The position numbers and the translations under genes are program-made. From Actinomadura sp. (GTDB lineage: Bacteria > Actinomycetota > Actinomycetes > Streptosporangiales > Streptosporangiaceae): a DNA stretch of 64,000 nucleotides. The stretch lies in the NCBI GenBank assembly GCA_036008685.1, contig DASYNF010000108.1:12589-76588 (forward strand), written 5' to 3'. The notes beneath the pieces were generated by a model. The model was given only the letters and a program-made list of their open reading frames with translations, searched no databases and was not told the origin of the DNA. Of the stretch, positions 18,719-29,900 are shown piece by piece (the stretch's first letter is position 1; every line of letters starts with the position of its first letter).

Positions 18719-21073
18719 TCAGGAGAGGCCGGGGTCGGTGCGTTCCACCTCGGCGATGCCGGTGATGCGATGCAGGGCGAAGCGCTGCACGGAGGCGCGC
18801 GTGGCGTCGTAGGCGGTCAGGAAACCACCCTCCACCCGGGCCGGCTCGACGATGCGGCTGGAGGCCTGCCCCTGCTGGTCGAGATAGCCGATCCAGACCC
18901 GGGCGCCGCGTTGGACCGCGCCGCGGAGCTCGTCGACCGTGGCCATCGAGGGCGTACGCGGCGGCGTCGTACGGGGAGCCACGACCCGGGCGGCCTCCTC
19001 GCCGGCGCGCACGGCCCGTACGGCCGCTGTGATCACCGACCCGCCGGGCGAGAGCCGCGAGGTGTCGGTGGTGGTCTCCTGGTAGAGACGCGCGGATCGC
19101 TCGGCGCGATGGGCGTCGAGCCTGGTGATCACGACGCCGCCCTCCGAGGACTCCGCGACGGGCGCGAACCCCATGGCGCGCAACTCCTCGAGCAGGTCCG
19201 GCCGCGGCAGCCGGGAGGCGATCACGGTCGGCGCGAGCCGGTGCAGCCGCAGCGCTCCGGCCCTCCGGTCCGCGATCAGCTCGTCCAGGGTGGCCGGGTC
19301 GTCGGTGCGCACGTACGAAGAGGCGATGCCGACCCGCAGGTGGCCGTGCCGGCGGGCGACGTCCTCGATGAGGTAGGACAGCGGCTGGGGGACCGGCGTC
19401 GTGGAGTGCCGGTTCAGCAGATCGGCCAGCTCGGCCGCGGTGCGTCCGGCGTCGAGGGCGCGGCGCACCGACTCGGGGGTGAAGCGGAACACCGTCGCGC
19501 CACCGGTCGACTCGACGTCGGCCATGAGCGCGAGATCCCGGGCCAGCTCGGTGACCAGCGGCCCCGGAGCGACCGCGGTGAGATCGGCCTGGATCAGTAC
19601 GTGATCGAGGGGTTCCGGGAGGACCTTGGTCAGCAGGCCCGCCGGATCGTCGCCGGACAGGAGCGCGCGGGCATGGGCCGACAACGCCCCCAGCCCGGTC
19701 AGGCCGAGTATCTCGGCCTCCCGGAGGGTCCACTCGATGAGCCGGTCGCGCACCCGTCGCCCGCGCCGTGGCTCTCCCCAGGCCAGATGCTCGAGTACGG
19801 CCTCGGCGCCGGGCGACGCCGGGGTCCCGGCGAGTGCGCCCAACGTGGCCCTGCGCGTATCGGCGGCGATCGTCCGGACCGATTCGTCGGCGAGCGCGTT
19901 GACCGTCTTGTCCCGGCTGTCGCGCTCTCCGGCCAGCCCGGCGACGCGGTCGGTGCCGAGCCAGGCCGTGACCAGCGCGGTCCATCGCTCCCCGACGTCG
20001 CGCGTCCGCCACAGGTCGTAGCCCCTGGTCGGCAGCCATTCCCCGTCGGCGTCGCCGGTCCGTGTCAGGAGCCCGGCCGCGTAGGCCACCTCGGCGACCA
20101 GCGCCGCGCCCCATTGCTCGACGTTCAGCAGGGTCGTGGCCGCCCGTAGGTCACGGATGCCCAGGCCACCGCTGCGCAGGACTCCGGGCGGGTCGATGCC
20201 CCATCGTTCGAGCAGGTCCTCGACCAGGCGGACGAAGGTGAAGGCCTGTCCACCGGCGGTACGGTCGACCAGCTCGGGGGCCCGCACGGGTCCGTCGAGC
20301 GGCGGCGGCTCGGTGGTGAGATCACGGAAGATCCGGCCGCCCCGCAGGTGAAGGGCCACCTCCCGGGGCAGTGTGACCGTACGGTCGTCCGTGGCGGCGA
20401 GCAGGCCGCGCGCCAGCAACCGCTCGATCGGGCTGCCCGCGGTGTCGATGCGCACCGGCCGGCGGGCGTTGTCGACGCGGCCGACCGGCGGGCCCCAGGT
20501 GAGCTCGTTCAGGGCGGCACGAGCCGCGGGGCCCGCGGCCTCGATCAGGTCGGCCGGGTCGCCCAGCCGTCCGGCCAGCATGGTGGCCAGCTCGGCGGGG
20601 TCGGCGAACGCCGTCGGGGTGGGGAGTCCCAGCGCGTCGATGAGCTCGCGTAGCCGGTCGGCGGGATAGGAGGCGAAGGCCTCGCGTGCGGGCGGGCCCA
20701 GACCGGCCGGATGCGGAAACGCCTGGCGCACCCCCGGAGCGGTGCGCAACCCGTCCGGTCCACCCCAGGTCAGGCCACTGGCGCGGAGGCGGTGGATCAC
20801 CGCCTCGACCGCGCTCTCGGCCACTCCGGGGAGCCGGGCCATGAGGGCCTGCCAGGCCACCGGCTGCGGGGAGATGATCAACGTCTCCAGGACGTTGAGG
20901 GTGAACTGGTCCAGCCGGTCCAGTGCTCGCGAGACCGAGGGCGTCGCCGCGGCCCGGGCCGCCAGCGCGCCGATATCGGCGGGGACGGGGATGACCAACT
21001 CCGGCCGCAGGGCGAGCATGGTGCGCAACTCCTGGTCATCGCGCGCTCGCAACCAATCCGCGTAGGAGTCCAT
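18719..21073 (-). CDS. Large XPB-associated (helicase-associated domain) protein, Rv0862c-like
   Basis: The 784-aa product opens MDSYADWLRARDDQELRTMLALRPELV...LDRLDQFTLNVLETL. GC3 is high throughout. From memory, it is the conserved upstream neighbour of actinobacterial XPB. Confidence 0.8.
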   Translation of the reverse strand: MDSYADWLRARDDQELRTMLALRPELVIPVPADIGALAARAAATPSVSRALDRLDQFTLNVLETLIISPQPVAWQALMARLPGVAESAVEAVIHRLRASGLTWGGPDGLRTAPGVRQAFPHPAGLGPPAREAFASYPADRLRELIDALGLPTPTAFADPAELATMLAGRLGDPADLIEAAGPAARAALNELTWGPPVGRVDNARRPVRIDTAGSPIERLLARGLLAATDDRTVTLPREVALHLRGGRIFRDLTTEPPPLDGPVRAPELVDRTAGGQAFTFVRLVEDLLERWGIDPPGVLRSGGLGIRDLRAATTLLNVEQWGAALVAEVAYAAGLLTRTGDADGEWLPTRGYDLWRTRDVGERWTALVTAWLGTDRVAGLAGERDSRDKTVNALADESVRTIAADTRRATLGALAGTPASPGAEAVLEHLAWGEPRRGRRVRDRLIEWTLREAEILGLTGLGALSAHARALLSGDDPAGLLTKVLPEPLDHVLIQADLTAVAPGPLVTELARDLALMADVESTGGATVFRFTPESVRRALDAGRTAAELADLLNRHSTTPVPQPLSYLIEDVARRHGHLRVGIASSYVRTDDPATLDELIADRRAGALRLHRLAPTVIASRLPRPDLLEELRAMGFAPVAESSEGGVVITRLDAHRAERSARLYQETTTDTSRLSPGGSVITAAVRAVRAGEEAARVVAPRTTPPRTPSMATVDELRGAVQRGARVWIGYLDQQGQASSRIVEPARVEGGFLTAYDATRASVQRFALHRITGIAEVERTDPGLS

Positions 21074-21239
21074 CCGTACAAACTAACCGGGCCGTGACGG
21101 TCTCTGGTGCGGCAGTGCCACCTCATGGACGGAAGCGCCGATCGGTCCGTCCCAGACGATCCCGGCCGGACGGCCGGTCTCACAGGTCCGCGGCGGACGT
21201 CGAGAGCGCGCTCACCGCGGGCGGGCGGCTCCGGAGCGG

Positions 21240-21854
21240 TCAGGCCGGTGTCCGGTCGACGGTGACGAGGCCGAGGGCCAGGCGGGCCCAGGCGGCCACG
21301 AAGCGCTGTTCGTCGATGCGCTTGGGCGGCTCGTAGAGCGACTCGTTGGCCAGCCAGTAGTTGACCACGGCACCGCCGAGGATGGAGGCGATGGCGGCCC
21401 AGTCCTCATCGGCGTGTGCGAACTCGGGCTGTGCGGCCAGCCATGTCGCGATGCCGTCATAGAGCGGGTTGACGATGCCCTCGCGCATTTCGGCCACCAG
21501 GTCGGGGAACTGATCGAGATCGCGGAACAGCACCCTGATCAGGTCCTGCTCCTCCCGCATCTTGGCCAGGCCGACCTGGCAGGCGAGGCTCAGGCGTGAC
21601 GCCAGCGGTTGGTCGTGCAGCGCACCGGCCTGCTGCAGGTAGGTGCTGAGCTGTTCGCGGGTCCGGGCGATGTGCTCCCGGATCGCGGCACCGAGCACTT
21701 CCTCCTTGGACCGGAAATGCCGGTAAAGGCCACCCGCGCCGGGCGACAGGCCCGAGGCCGCCTCGATCTCGGCCACGGAGGTGGCGGCATAGCCGCGATC
21801 GGCGAACAGCCGGAGCGCCTCGGCCACGATCCGCTCGCGCGTGGATCTCGTCAT
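21240..21854 (-). CDS. TetR/AcrR family transcriptional regulator
   Basis: The ATG at 21852..21854 opens MTRSTRERIVAEALRLFADRGYAATSVAEIEAASGLSPGAGGLYRHFRSKEEVL, a TetR HTH. Confidence 0.85.
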   Translation of the reverse strand: MTRSTRERIVAEALRLFADRGYAATSVAEIEAASGLSPGAGGLYRHFRSKEEVLGAAIREHIARTREQLSTYLQQAGALHDQPLASRLSLACQVGLAKMREEQDLIRVLFRDLDQFPDLVAEMREGIVNPLYDGIATWLAAQPEFAHADEDWAAIASILGGAVVNYWLANESLYEPPKRIDEQRFVAAWARLALGLVTVDRTPA

Positions 21855-22109
21855 GGTTTTCTGCCTCCGGCAAGACACTACTGCTGTCGCGGGAGACTTT
21901 TACCCGCGAGCCGGCTCGGTCGCGTGATCCTTGACATATGCGTCCACGGGCTCGGTGACTCGCGGCCCGGATAAGCCCGCGGCGAGGCCGGGAACTCCGG
22001 ACGGCACCGCCCTGTATTGCGCTCGCACGGACTATCGCGCGCGGTTGCTGCGGCGATCTCCCGTGGCCGGCCATCGGAGCACTAGAGTTTCGGCACCGCA
22101 TCCCTGCCG

Positions 22110-22667
22110 ATGAAAGGGGTCGATGTGGCCTTCCTGCCCGAAGACTTCGTTGTGCCCACATTGGTCGCCGGATTGCGATTCAGAATTCGGCCCATCACCG
22201 TGCACGACGTCGTGAAGACCTACGACGCGATCATGACCAGCCGGGACCGGCTCCGGGAGCATTTCGGCGGCGCCGCGGGATGGCCGCGCGAGGAGCCGGC
22301 CGGCCGGCCGGAGCTCACGCTGGAGGAGGTCCTCGTCGATCTGGCCTGGCGTCAGCGGGAGGGTGAACTCCGGCGTTCGTTCAGCTTCGCGGTCCTCACG
22401 ACCGACGAGGCGCGTCTGCTCGGCTCCGTCCGTATCGATCCGCCGGCCAGGCCCGGCGCGGACGCCGAGACGACCTTCTGGGTGCGCGGTGACGAGGACG
22501 GCTCGAATGTGGAGGAGGAACTCGAGGAGTTCGTCCGCGAGTGGGTGACGACCACCTGGCCGTTCACGACCGTGCGTTTTCCCGGACGGGACATCTCATG
22601 GGAGGACTGGCACGCGCTGCCGTCGATCGACCGCGGAGACGCGCCGGCCATCATCCACCCGGTGTGA
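22110..22667 (+). CDS. GNAT-like acetyltransferase (tentative family assignment)
   Basis: The 185-aa product has good GC3 and a GNAT-like beta-alpha pattern in LRFRIRPITVHDVVKTYDAIMTSRD...SFSFAVLTTDEARLLGSVRIDP...ETTFWVR. The assignment is from memory only. Confidence 0.5.
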   Translation: MKGVDVAFLPEDFVVPTLVAGLRFRIRPITVHDVVKTYDAIMTSRDRLREHFGGAAGWPREEPAGRPELTLEEVLVDLAWRQREGELRRSFSFAVLTTDEARLLGSVRIDPPARPGADAETTFWVRGDEDGSNVEEELEEFVREWVTTTWPFTTVRFPGRDISWEDWHALPSIDRGDAPAIIHPV

Positions 22668-22751
22668 CCCGCCGGCGTGATCCGGCGGGCATGTCCCACG
22701 GCGCCCCTCGCCCCGGCGTCCCCGCCGGCCGGGCCGGCACCCCGGCCACCG

Positions 22752-23201
22752 TCAGGCCGCCCGGCGGACCAGTCCGACGATGATCCGGCCGACGATCAGA
22801 TAGACGACCGCGGCCAGGCCGTAGTTCACGAGCACGGACACCTTGGGATCGCGCGGGGCGAAGACGTCCTTGAACTCCCATGCCAGCCGATCGGCCCATT
22901 CTCTGACGGCCACCACGATCGCGTTGGAGCCGTTGGCCTCGAAGACGGCGAAGAGGATGTGCACCGCCAGCACGGCGACCACGAGCATGGTGAGGATCGA
23001 GACGCCCGTGGCGATCACACTGACCACACGTTTGCGCAGGGCGCCGGCCCGCGCCGCGAACCGGGCGCGTCCGGGCCGGGAGGAAGGACTCTGTGCCCCG
23101 GGCGGGGAGGCGGGACCGGAGGCGGGACTCTGGGCCCGCGTCCGATCCTCCGGCTCAGTGGACCGGTCGCCGGCCTGATCGTCGTGCGGGTGTTCCGCCA
23201 T
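22752..23201 (-). CDS. Hypothetical membrane protein
   Basis: The ATG at 23199..23201 follows GAGAGGAA. The N-terminus MAEHPHDDQAGDRSTEPEDR is acidic and disordered. There are two or three TM segments (VVSVIATGVSILTMLVVAVLAVHILFAV, LVNYGLAAVVYLIVGRIIVGLV). Confidence 0.55.
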   Translation of the reverse strand: MAEHPHDDQAGDRSTEPEDRTRAQSPASGPASPPGAQSPSSRPGRARFAARAGALRKRVVSVIATGVSILTMLVVAVLAVHILFAVFEANGSNAIVVAVREWADRLAWEFKDVFAPRDPKVSVLVNYGLAAVVYLIVGRIIVGLVRRAA

Positions 23202-23449
23202 GGCTGTTCCTCTCGGATTCGACCGGTGAGATTCGGCGCGGTTCACGGGTCGGCTACTGGGTATATCCCGGATCACGAAACCGTTGTTTCGGTCGATCGG
23301 ATTCGCCAGATTCGGTCGGTGGAAGAAAATCCATTTCGCGCCAGACTCCCGCGCCCTCCTACTCGGATCCCGTCGCATCGCCACTACCAGGGGGGCGCGG
23401 GTGCGTGTGCGCACATCCCGGACCGGGATAGGCGGCATATCCACCATAG

Positions 23450-24091
23450 GTGCCCCATACCCTATGGATCGTGCCTGACCGGGATTTCACCGTTGGTTTC
23501 GACCTCGACATGACCCTCGCCGACACCAGACGGGGTATCGGCGCGGTGCTCGACGCCCTGAGCGTCGAGAGCGGTGTCCACATCGACAGCGCCCTGATCG
23601 TTTCACGACTCGGACCCCCGCTCGCCATCGAGCTGGCCAACTGGTTTCCGCTGGAGGACGTGCCGGCCATGGTGACGCGCTTCCGGGAGCTCTATCCCGC
23701 CATCGCCGTCCCGGCCACGGTGGCCATGCTCGGAGCCGAAGCCGCCCTCGGGGCCGTACGGGCCCAGGGAGGCCGGGTCGTCGTGGTCACGGCCAAGAAC
23801 GAACGCGACGCGCGGCGGACGATCAGTCATCTCGGGCTCCCGGTCGACCACATCGCCGGGTCGCTGTGGGCCGCCGAGAAGGGCGTGGCGCTGAAGGAGC
23901 ACGGAGCGGCCGCCTACGTGGGGGATCATCTCGGTGACATCGACGCCGCCCGGGCCGCGGCGGCCTTCAGCGTCGGCGTCGCCACGGGACCGTACGACCT
24001 CGCGGCCCTGCGCGCCTACGGCGCCGACGCCGTGCTGCCGGATCTGCTCGCGTTTCCGGACTGGCTCGCCGATCATCGCTCGGCGGCCTGA
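23450..24091 (+). CDS. HAD superfamily hydrolase (phosphoglycolate phosphatase-like)
   Basis: Motif I is GFDLDMTLADT, motif II is VVTAK, and motif III is YVGDHLGDIDAARAA. The start may be the GTG at 23471. Confidence 0.75.
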   Translation: MPHTLWIVPDRDFTVGFDLDMTLADTRRGIGAVLDALSVESGVHIDSALIVSRLGPPLAIELANWFPLEDVPAMVTRFRELYPAIAVPATVAMLGAEAALGAVRAQGGRVVVVTAKNERDARRTISHLGLPVDHIAGSLWAAEKGVALKEHGAAAYVGDHLGDIDAARAAAAFSVGVATGPYDLAALRAYGADAVLPDLLAFPDWLADHRSAA

Positions 24092-24171
24092 TCCGCGATA
24101 CCGTGTTCACCGTTTTGGGGCCGAGGCACTAACCTTGAGACAATTCATACGAGAGCTAGACGAGGTCACCT

Positions 24172-24567
24172 GTGCCCACTGGCAAGGTCAAGTGGTACGA
24201 CACCGACAAGGGATTCGGATTCCTCACCCGCGATGACGGCGGCGAGGTCTTCGTTCACTCTTCTGCGCTGCCCGGCGGAGTCACGTCGCTGAAGCCGGGG
24301 CAGCGGGTCGAATTCGGCGTGGTCGAAGGACGCCGGGGACAGCAGGCGCTCTCGCTCCGGCCACTGGAGACCCTCCCCTCGGTCGAGAAGTCCGTCGCGA
24401 AGGCCCGTCGCAAGAAGCCCGACGAGATGGTCCTCATCATGGAGGACCTGATCAAGCTCTTGGACTCCATCTCCAACACCTACCGGCGTGGCAAGCACCC
24501 GGGCCCCGCCGACGCCAAGAAGATCGCCACGGTTCTGCGCGCCGTCGCCGACGACCTCTCGGCATAG
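24172..24567 (+). CDS. Cold-shock-domain protein with a C-terminal extension (CspB/Rv0871-like)
   Basis: The GTG start opens MPTGKVKWYDTDKGFGFLTRDDGGEVFVHSSALPGGVTSLKPGQRVEFGVVEGRRGQQALSLRPL. A helical tail of about 65 aa follows. Confidence 0.85.
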   Translation: MPTGKVKWYDTDKGFGFLTRDDGGEVFVHSSALPGGVTSLKPGQRVEFGVVEGRRGQQALSLRPLETLPSVEKSVAKARRKKPDEMVLIMEDLIKLLDSISNTYRRGKHPGPADAKKIATVLRAVADDLSA

Positions 24568-24602
24568 CCTCCGCGGCTCCGGGGCCTCCGGCGTCGTGGT
24601 CC

Positions 24603-25967
24603 TCAGGGCGATTTCGCCGTCATCTCCGCGGACTCACCCCGCGTACGCCATGATCTCCGGCTCTCGGTGCCGCGCCGCAGTACCCGCCGGGTCAGCAGGA
24701 GCACGAGCGACAGACCGAGCACGGCCGCGACGGCGGACAGGGCCGCGCGGCCGTCCAGGCTGGTCGACATCCCCAGCCCGGTGAGCCCGCCGAGCACCCA
24801 GACCAGCTGGTGGAGCGTCTCGGACACCGCGAACGTGGAAGAGCGCACCTCCTCGCCGATCTCGCGTTGCACGGTCGCGTCCATCGACAGCTTGCCGAGG
24901 GACTGGCCGAAGGCTCCGACGAAGGCCACGGCCAGCGCGGCCCAGAGGCCGAAGAACACCGCTCCCACGGCGGCGCCGGCCGTGGTGACGGCCAGCGTCG
25001 CGAAGACGATGAACTGTGGCGCGCGCGCCTTGGCCCGGGCTCCGAGCACCGTTCCGACCAGCCCCCCGGCTCCGGCGCAGGCGGCGAGCAGACCCAGCGC
25101 CAGGTTGGGCGAGAGCGGGTCGAAGCGTTTTTCACGCAGGAGGAAGGCCAGGTAGAGGATCAGGAAGCCGGAGAACCCGCGCAGGGCCGCGTTGGCGTAC
25201 ATCGCCTCGGCCACGGCGGGTCCGACGCGCGGCAGGGTCCGCCATCGGGTCCCGGACCCGGGTCGCTCCGGCTCGGTGGCCGCCTCGGGGGCATCGATGT
25301 GCGTCGGCAGCCGCACGGCGAGGACGGCCCCCACGACGAACACCAGCATCGCGACGCGCAGCAGCCAGTCCGGGCCGATCAGCATGCCCAGGCCCGCGCC
25401 CATCGGTGCGATGACCGAGGCGGCGATGAGTCCGGCGAAGGAGACCCGGGCGTTGGCGGTCACCAGCGTGATCTGGTGCGGCAGCACCCGGGGCGTGACG
25501 GCGCCGCGCAGGACGCCGAACGCCTTGGACAGGACCAGGACCCCGAACGCCGCCGGCAGGAACGTCACCTGGTCACCGTGGGACACGGCCCCGGCCATGC
25601 CCCAGCACAGGAGCCCGCGGGCCAGCATCGTGCCCGCCATGGCCACACGCCGGGCGGAGCGCATCCGATCGAGCGCCGGCCCGATGAGCGGGGCGATGAG
25701 GACGAAAGGGGCCATGGTGACGAGGAGATACTGGGCCACCTGTCCCCGAGCCTGGTTCACGTCGAGCCCGAAGAAGATCGTTCCGGCCAGGGCGACGGCG
25801 ACGAGGGCGTCGGCGGCGCTGTTGGCGGCCTGTGCCTCCATCAGGCTGCCGAGGCCGCTGTGCCCTGCTCCATGGGCATGCGTCACTCGCCGGGTCATCC
25901 GGGCCATCCGCCGGGTGGCGACGTGTACGGACCGCCCGGCACCGGTGATGTACACCCTCACTCCCAT
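24603..25967 (-). CDS. MFS-type membrane transporter (Rv0876c-like)
   Basis: The ATG at 25965..25967 has GGAGAG 9 nt upstream. There are 12 or more hydrophobic segments, for example ALVAVALAGTIFFGL, LLVTMAPFVLIAPLIGPALDR and FLILYLAFLLRE. Other in-frame Met starts exist at 25907 and 25898. Confidence 0.75.
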   Translation of the reverse strand: MGVRVYITGAGRSVHVATRRMARMTRRVTHAHGAGHSGLGSLMEAQAANSAADALVAVALAGTIFFGLDVNQARGQVAQYLLVTMAPFVLIAPLIGPALDRMRSARRVAMAGTMLARGLLCWGMAGAVSHGDQVTFLPAAFGVLVLSKAFGVLRGAVTPRVLPHQITLVTANARVSFAGLIAASVIAPMGAGLGMLIGPDWLLRVAMLVFVVGAVLAVRLPTHIDAPEAATEPERPGSGTRWRTLPRVGPAVAEAMYANAALRGFSGFLILYLAFLLREKRFDPLSPNLALGLLAACAGAGGLVGTVLGARAKARAPQFIVFATLAVTTAGAAVGAVFFGLWAALAVAFVGAFGQSLGKLSMDATVQREIGEEVRSSTFAVSETLHQLVWVLGGLTGLGMSTSLDGRAALSAVAAVLGLSLVLLLTRRVLRRGTESRRSWRTRGESAEMTAKSP

Positions 25968-26059
25968 CTCATCAGTCTCTCCGAGACTGGTGCTTTCGTG
26001 GAATGCATGTCCGAACGGCGCCCGTGGGGCTCGGCCATGGCTTTCCATGGGGGACAATC

Positions 26060-26881
26060 GTGTATGTGAGCCCACTCTCTCGGTCCAACGCCGCGCCCGC
26101 TCGGCGGACCCGCGCCTCCGCCGTCGATGCCGCGTGTGCGGAAGCGGCCGAGCTCGCTCGTGCGGCCGCGGAGGAGACGGCCTGGCCCGGGCCCGTCGGA
26201 GAACATCTCGGTCTGCAGGTCGAGGCCGACCGTGTCGTCACGCACTACTTCGAGTGCCTGGACCCGGCCTATGACGGCTGGCGATGGGCGGTGACGGTGG
26301 CCCGCGCCGCCCGGGCCAAGGTCGTCACCGTCAGCGAATGCGTGCTCCTGCCCGGCGAGGATGCCGTGATGGCCCCGCAGTGGGTGCCGTGGGCCGACCG
26401 GCTGCGCCCGGGCGACCTCGGCCCCGGAGACCTCCTCCCGACCGCGGCCGACGACGTACGGCTGGCGCCCGGACATACCGAGGTCGATGACGAAGCCGAT
26501 CATCAGACGCTGTGGGAGCTCGGGCTCGGGCGGGTCCGGGTGCTGTCCGCCGAGGGACGTGACGAGGCCGCCACGCGATGGTACGAAGGGACGGCAGGAC
26601 CGCGCTCGCCGATCGCCGCCTCCGCGCCCGCCCCCTGCTCGACCTGCGGTTTCTTCGTCCTGCTCGCCGGCCCCCTCCGGCAGGTCTTCGGAGTCTGCTC
26701 CAACGAGTACGCGCCGGACGACGGCAAGGTCGTCTCGGTGGATCATGGCTGTGGTGCGCATTCCGAGGCGGTCGTCGCGCCGTCGGCGGTCGAGCACGCC
26801 CCGCCGATCGTCGATGAGCTGGGCTACGACATGATGCCGTCCGAGGGGACGGCCGACGAAGAGGCCCTCGGCCACAGCTGA
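26060..26881 (+). CDS. DUF3027 domain protein (Rv0877-like)
   Basis: HYFECLDPAYDGWRWAVTVARA...VTVSECVLLPGEDA is followed by the Cys cluster CSTCGFFVLLAGPLRQVFGVCSNEYAPDDGKVVSVDHGCGAHSE. The start is uncertain (26003, 26060 or 26066). Confidence 0.75.
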   Translation: MYVSPLSRSNAAPARRTRASAVDAACAEAAELARAAAEETAWPGPVGEHLGLQVEADRVVTHYFECLDPAYDGWRWAVTVARAARAKVVTVSECVLLPGEDAVMAPQWVPWADRLRPGDLGPGDLLPTAADDVRLAPGHTEVDDEADHQTLWELGLGRVRVLSAEGRDEAATRWYEGTAGPRSPIAASAPAPCSTCGFFVLLAGPLRQVFGVCSNEYAPDDGKVVSVDHGCGAHSEAVVAPSAVEHAPPIVDELGYDMMPSEGTADEEALGHS

Positions 26882-26996
26882 CCCCGGTGCAGCCGACCTT
26901 TCGGAAGATCTTCCGGCGGCGAGATTTTGCCTTCGCACTCGCCGCCGGCGTCCACATGCGGTATACCCGCGGCCTATACGGGGGATCGACGGCGAC

Positions 26997-29900
26997 GTGA
27001 CCACAGACGACGTGTTCGGGACCGCGGACCTGCGGGAGCGGGTGCTCCATGGCTGGACGGCGTCCCCGGCCCGGTTCCGTGAGGACGCCAACGCAGAGGA
27101 GGACTACGCACTCGGCGGTTACCGCGACCGGGTCGTGGTCGAGCTGGCGCAGAACGCCGCGGACGCCGCCGTCCGGGCGGGTGTGCCGGGGCGGCTCTGG
27201 CTGAGCCTGCGCGACGGGGTGCTGACGGCGGTCAACACCGGCGCGCCCCTCGACGCCGCGGGTGTGCAGGCGCTGTCCACGCTGAGGGCGTCCGCGAAGC
27301 GGGACGAGCACGGCGCGGCCGGACGTTTCGGTGTGGGCTTCGCCGCCGTGGTCGCGGTGAGCGACGAGCCGTCGATGTCATCGGTCCTGTGCCGCGATGA
27401 GGCCACCGGCAGGCCGGACCGTACCGCCGGAGTGCGGTGGTCGGCCGTGCGCACACGCGAGATCGTGTCCGCGGCACCGGAGCTCGCGGAAGAGCTCTCC
27501 CGCCGCGGCGGCCGCGTCCCGGTCCTGCGCCTGCCCTACCCGGCCACGCCCTCCGACCGTGATCTCGCGGTTCTTCGCGGGTCCGCCCGTCCCGGCGGCG
27601 CCGCGATGGCGCCGCGGGAAGAGGACGCGGCGGCGGAGCGGTACGACACCGTGGTCCGGCTGCCGCTCCGGGACCCCGAGTCCGTGGACCGGGTCCGGCG
27701 CGCGCTCGACGAGGTCGGGCCGGCCCTGATGCTCGCTCTTCCGGCGCTGGAGGAGATCCGCGTCGATATCGAAGGGGCCACCAGAACCCTCTCCGCCGTG
27801 CACCGCGACGGGACCGCGACCATCGACGGGGAGCGATGGCGGACCGTCGAGGCGCACGGGGAGATCCCGCCGGAGCTGCTCGCCGACCGGCCGGCCGAGG
27901 AACGGACCCGGCCCTACTGGCGGCTGCGGTGGGCCGTCCCCGGCGCGGGATCCGCTCTGCCCGACGGCGTCCCGGCGGTCGTGCACGCGCCCACCCCGAG
28001 CGATGAGCCGCTGGGCCTGCCGGCCCTGCTGATCGCCTCGTTCCCGCTGGCGCCCGACCGCCGCCACGTCGCTCCGGGGCCGCTCACCGACTTCCTCGTC
28101 GAACAGGCGGCGCGATCCTACGTCGAGCTCCTGCGCGGTCTCCCGGCCACGCCCCGGCTCCTCGACCTGATCCCGGGTCGGATCGCCGCCGGAGAGCTGG
28201 ACGCCAGGCTCCGGAGGGTCGTCCTGTCCGTCCTCCCCGAGACCCCTCTGCTGCCGGCCGCTCCTCATCCGCAGGACGATGATCTCGCGGATGTGCGGGT
28301 CCAGCGGGGCCGGGACGCCGTGGCCGTGGACGGGCCCGGCGAACTGATCGAACTGCTCGCTCCGGTGCTCCCCGGCCTGCTTCCGGTGGAGTGGCCGGTC
28401 CGCCATCCCGCTCTGACGGCTCTGGGCGTGCGGCGGATGGAGCTCGCCGACGTGGTCGACGCGCTGGCCGGGCTGGACCGGGAGCCCGCCTGGTGGCACC
28501 GGGTCTACGAAGCCCTCACCGGCGCGCCGGCCGATGCCCTCGGAGCACTCCCGGTGCCTCTCGCGGAGACCGTGTCCCCCGGAGACACCGGACCTCTCAG
28601 AGACACCGGGGCCGAGGCGGGGACCCGGCCTGTGCGCATGACCCGGGGCCCACGCGGCCTGCTCATCGCCGAGCCCGGCGTGGATCCCGTCGAACTGGCG
28701 GCGCTGGAGCTGCGGTTCGTACACCCCGAGGCCGCGCATCCGCTGCTGCGCCGGCTCGGGGCGATCGAGGCGAGCCCTCGCGCCCTGCTCGCCGATCCGG
28801 CCGTACGGGCGGCCGTGGCCAGGTCGTACGACGCGGATGATCCCGAGCCCGTCGCCGAGGCCGTGCTGGGCCTCGTCGCCGCGGCCAAGCCGCCGCCCGG
28901 CACCGAGCCGTGGCTTGCGGATCTCGCGCTGCTCGGCGAGGACGGTGAGGTCTACGCGGCGGGGGAGCTGCTGCTGCCGGGAGGTCCGCTCGCCGCCGTG
29001 GTGGTCGGCGACGCGCCCTTCGGGGTGGCCGACCCCACGTTGGTGGAGCGTCATGGCGCCGAGGTTCTCGAGGCCGTCGGGGTGCTGCGCACCTTCGGGA
29101 TGGTGCGGGAGCACGACGTCCCCCTGACCGATCTGGCCTTCGACCTGGACGGCGAGGAGGCCTGGGCCGAAGATGTGCTCGCGGGGCTGCCGGACCAGGA
29201 CGTGCCTCCGATGCTCCCCGAGCTGGTGGCCGTACGGGATCTGGAGCTCGTCCAGCACTGGGAGACCGCGCTCGCGATGCTGGCCGAGCCTCCACTGCGC
29301 GCGGCTCTCGTGGAGCCCGCCCATGTGGTGCTCGGAGACGGACGGCGGGTGGCGGTGCCGTCCTACACCGCCTGGTGGCTGCGCCGGCACCCGGTCCTCG
29401 CCGGGCGCCGGCCGGCCGAGCTCGCCGCACCCGGTGGTGACCCCCTGCTGGCCGGGTTGTACGACCCGGCGCCGGCCGGCCTGGACGCCGGGCTGCTGCA
29501 CGCCCTCGGGATCCGTACGACGCTGGCCGAACTGCTCGACGAGCCCGGGGGAGCCGAGGAACTGCTGGCCCTGCTGGCCGAACCGGCCCGTACGGTCACG
29601 CGGGAGCAGTTGCGGGCCCTCTGGTCGGAGCTCGCGCTGACCGAGCCGGGAGACCTCCCGCCCCCGGCCCGGGTCCGGGCCGTGACCGACGGTGTGCTGG
29701 AGGTCGTCGCGGCCGAGGACGCGCTCGTCCTCGACAGCCCGGACCTGCTCCCGCTCCTGAACGGCCAGCCGCTGATCATCGGTGGGTACGAGGAGGCCGT
29801 CCCCCTCGCCGAACTGCTGGAGATCCCGCTGGCCGCCGAAGAGTTCCAGGGGGCGGTCGAGTCCGTGGGCCGTGAGGTCCCCGTGCCCGGGGTCGTGGCG

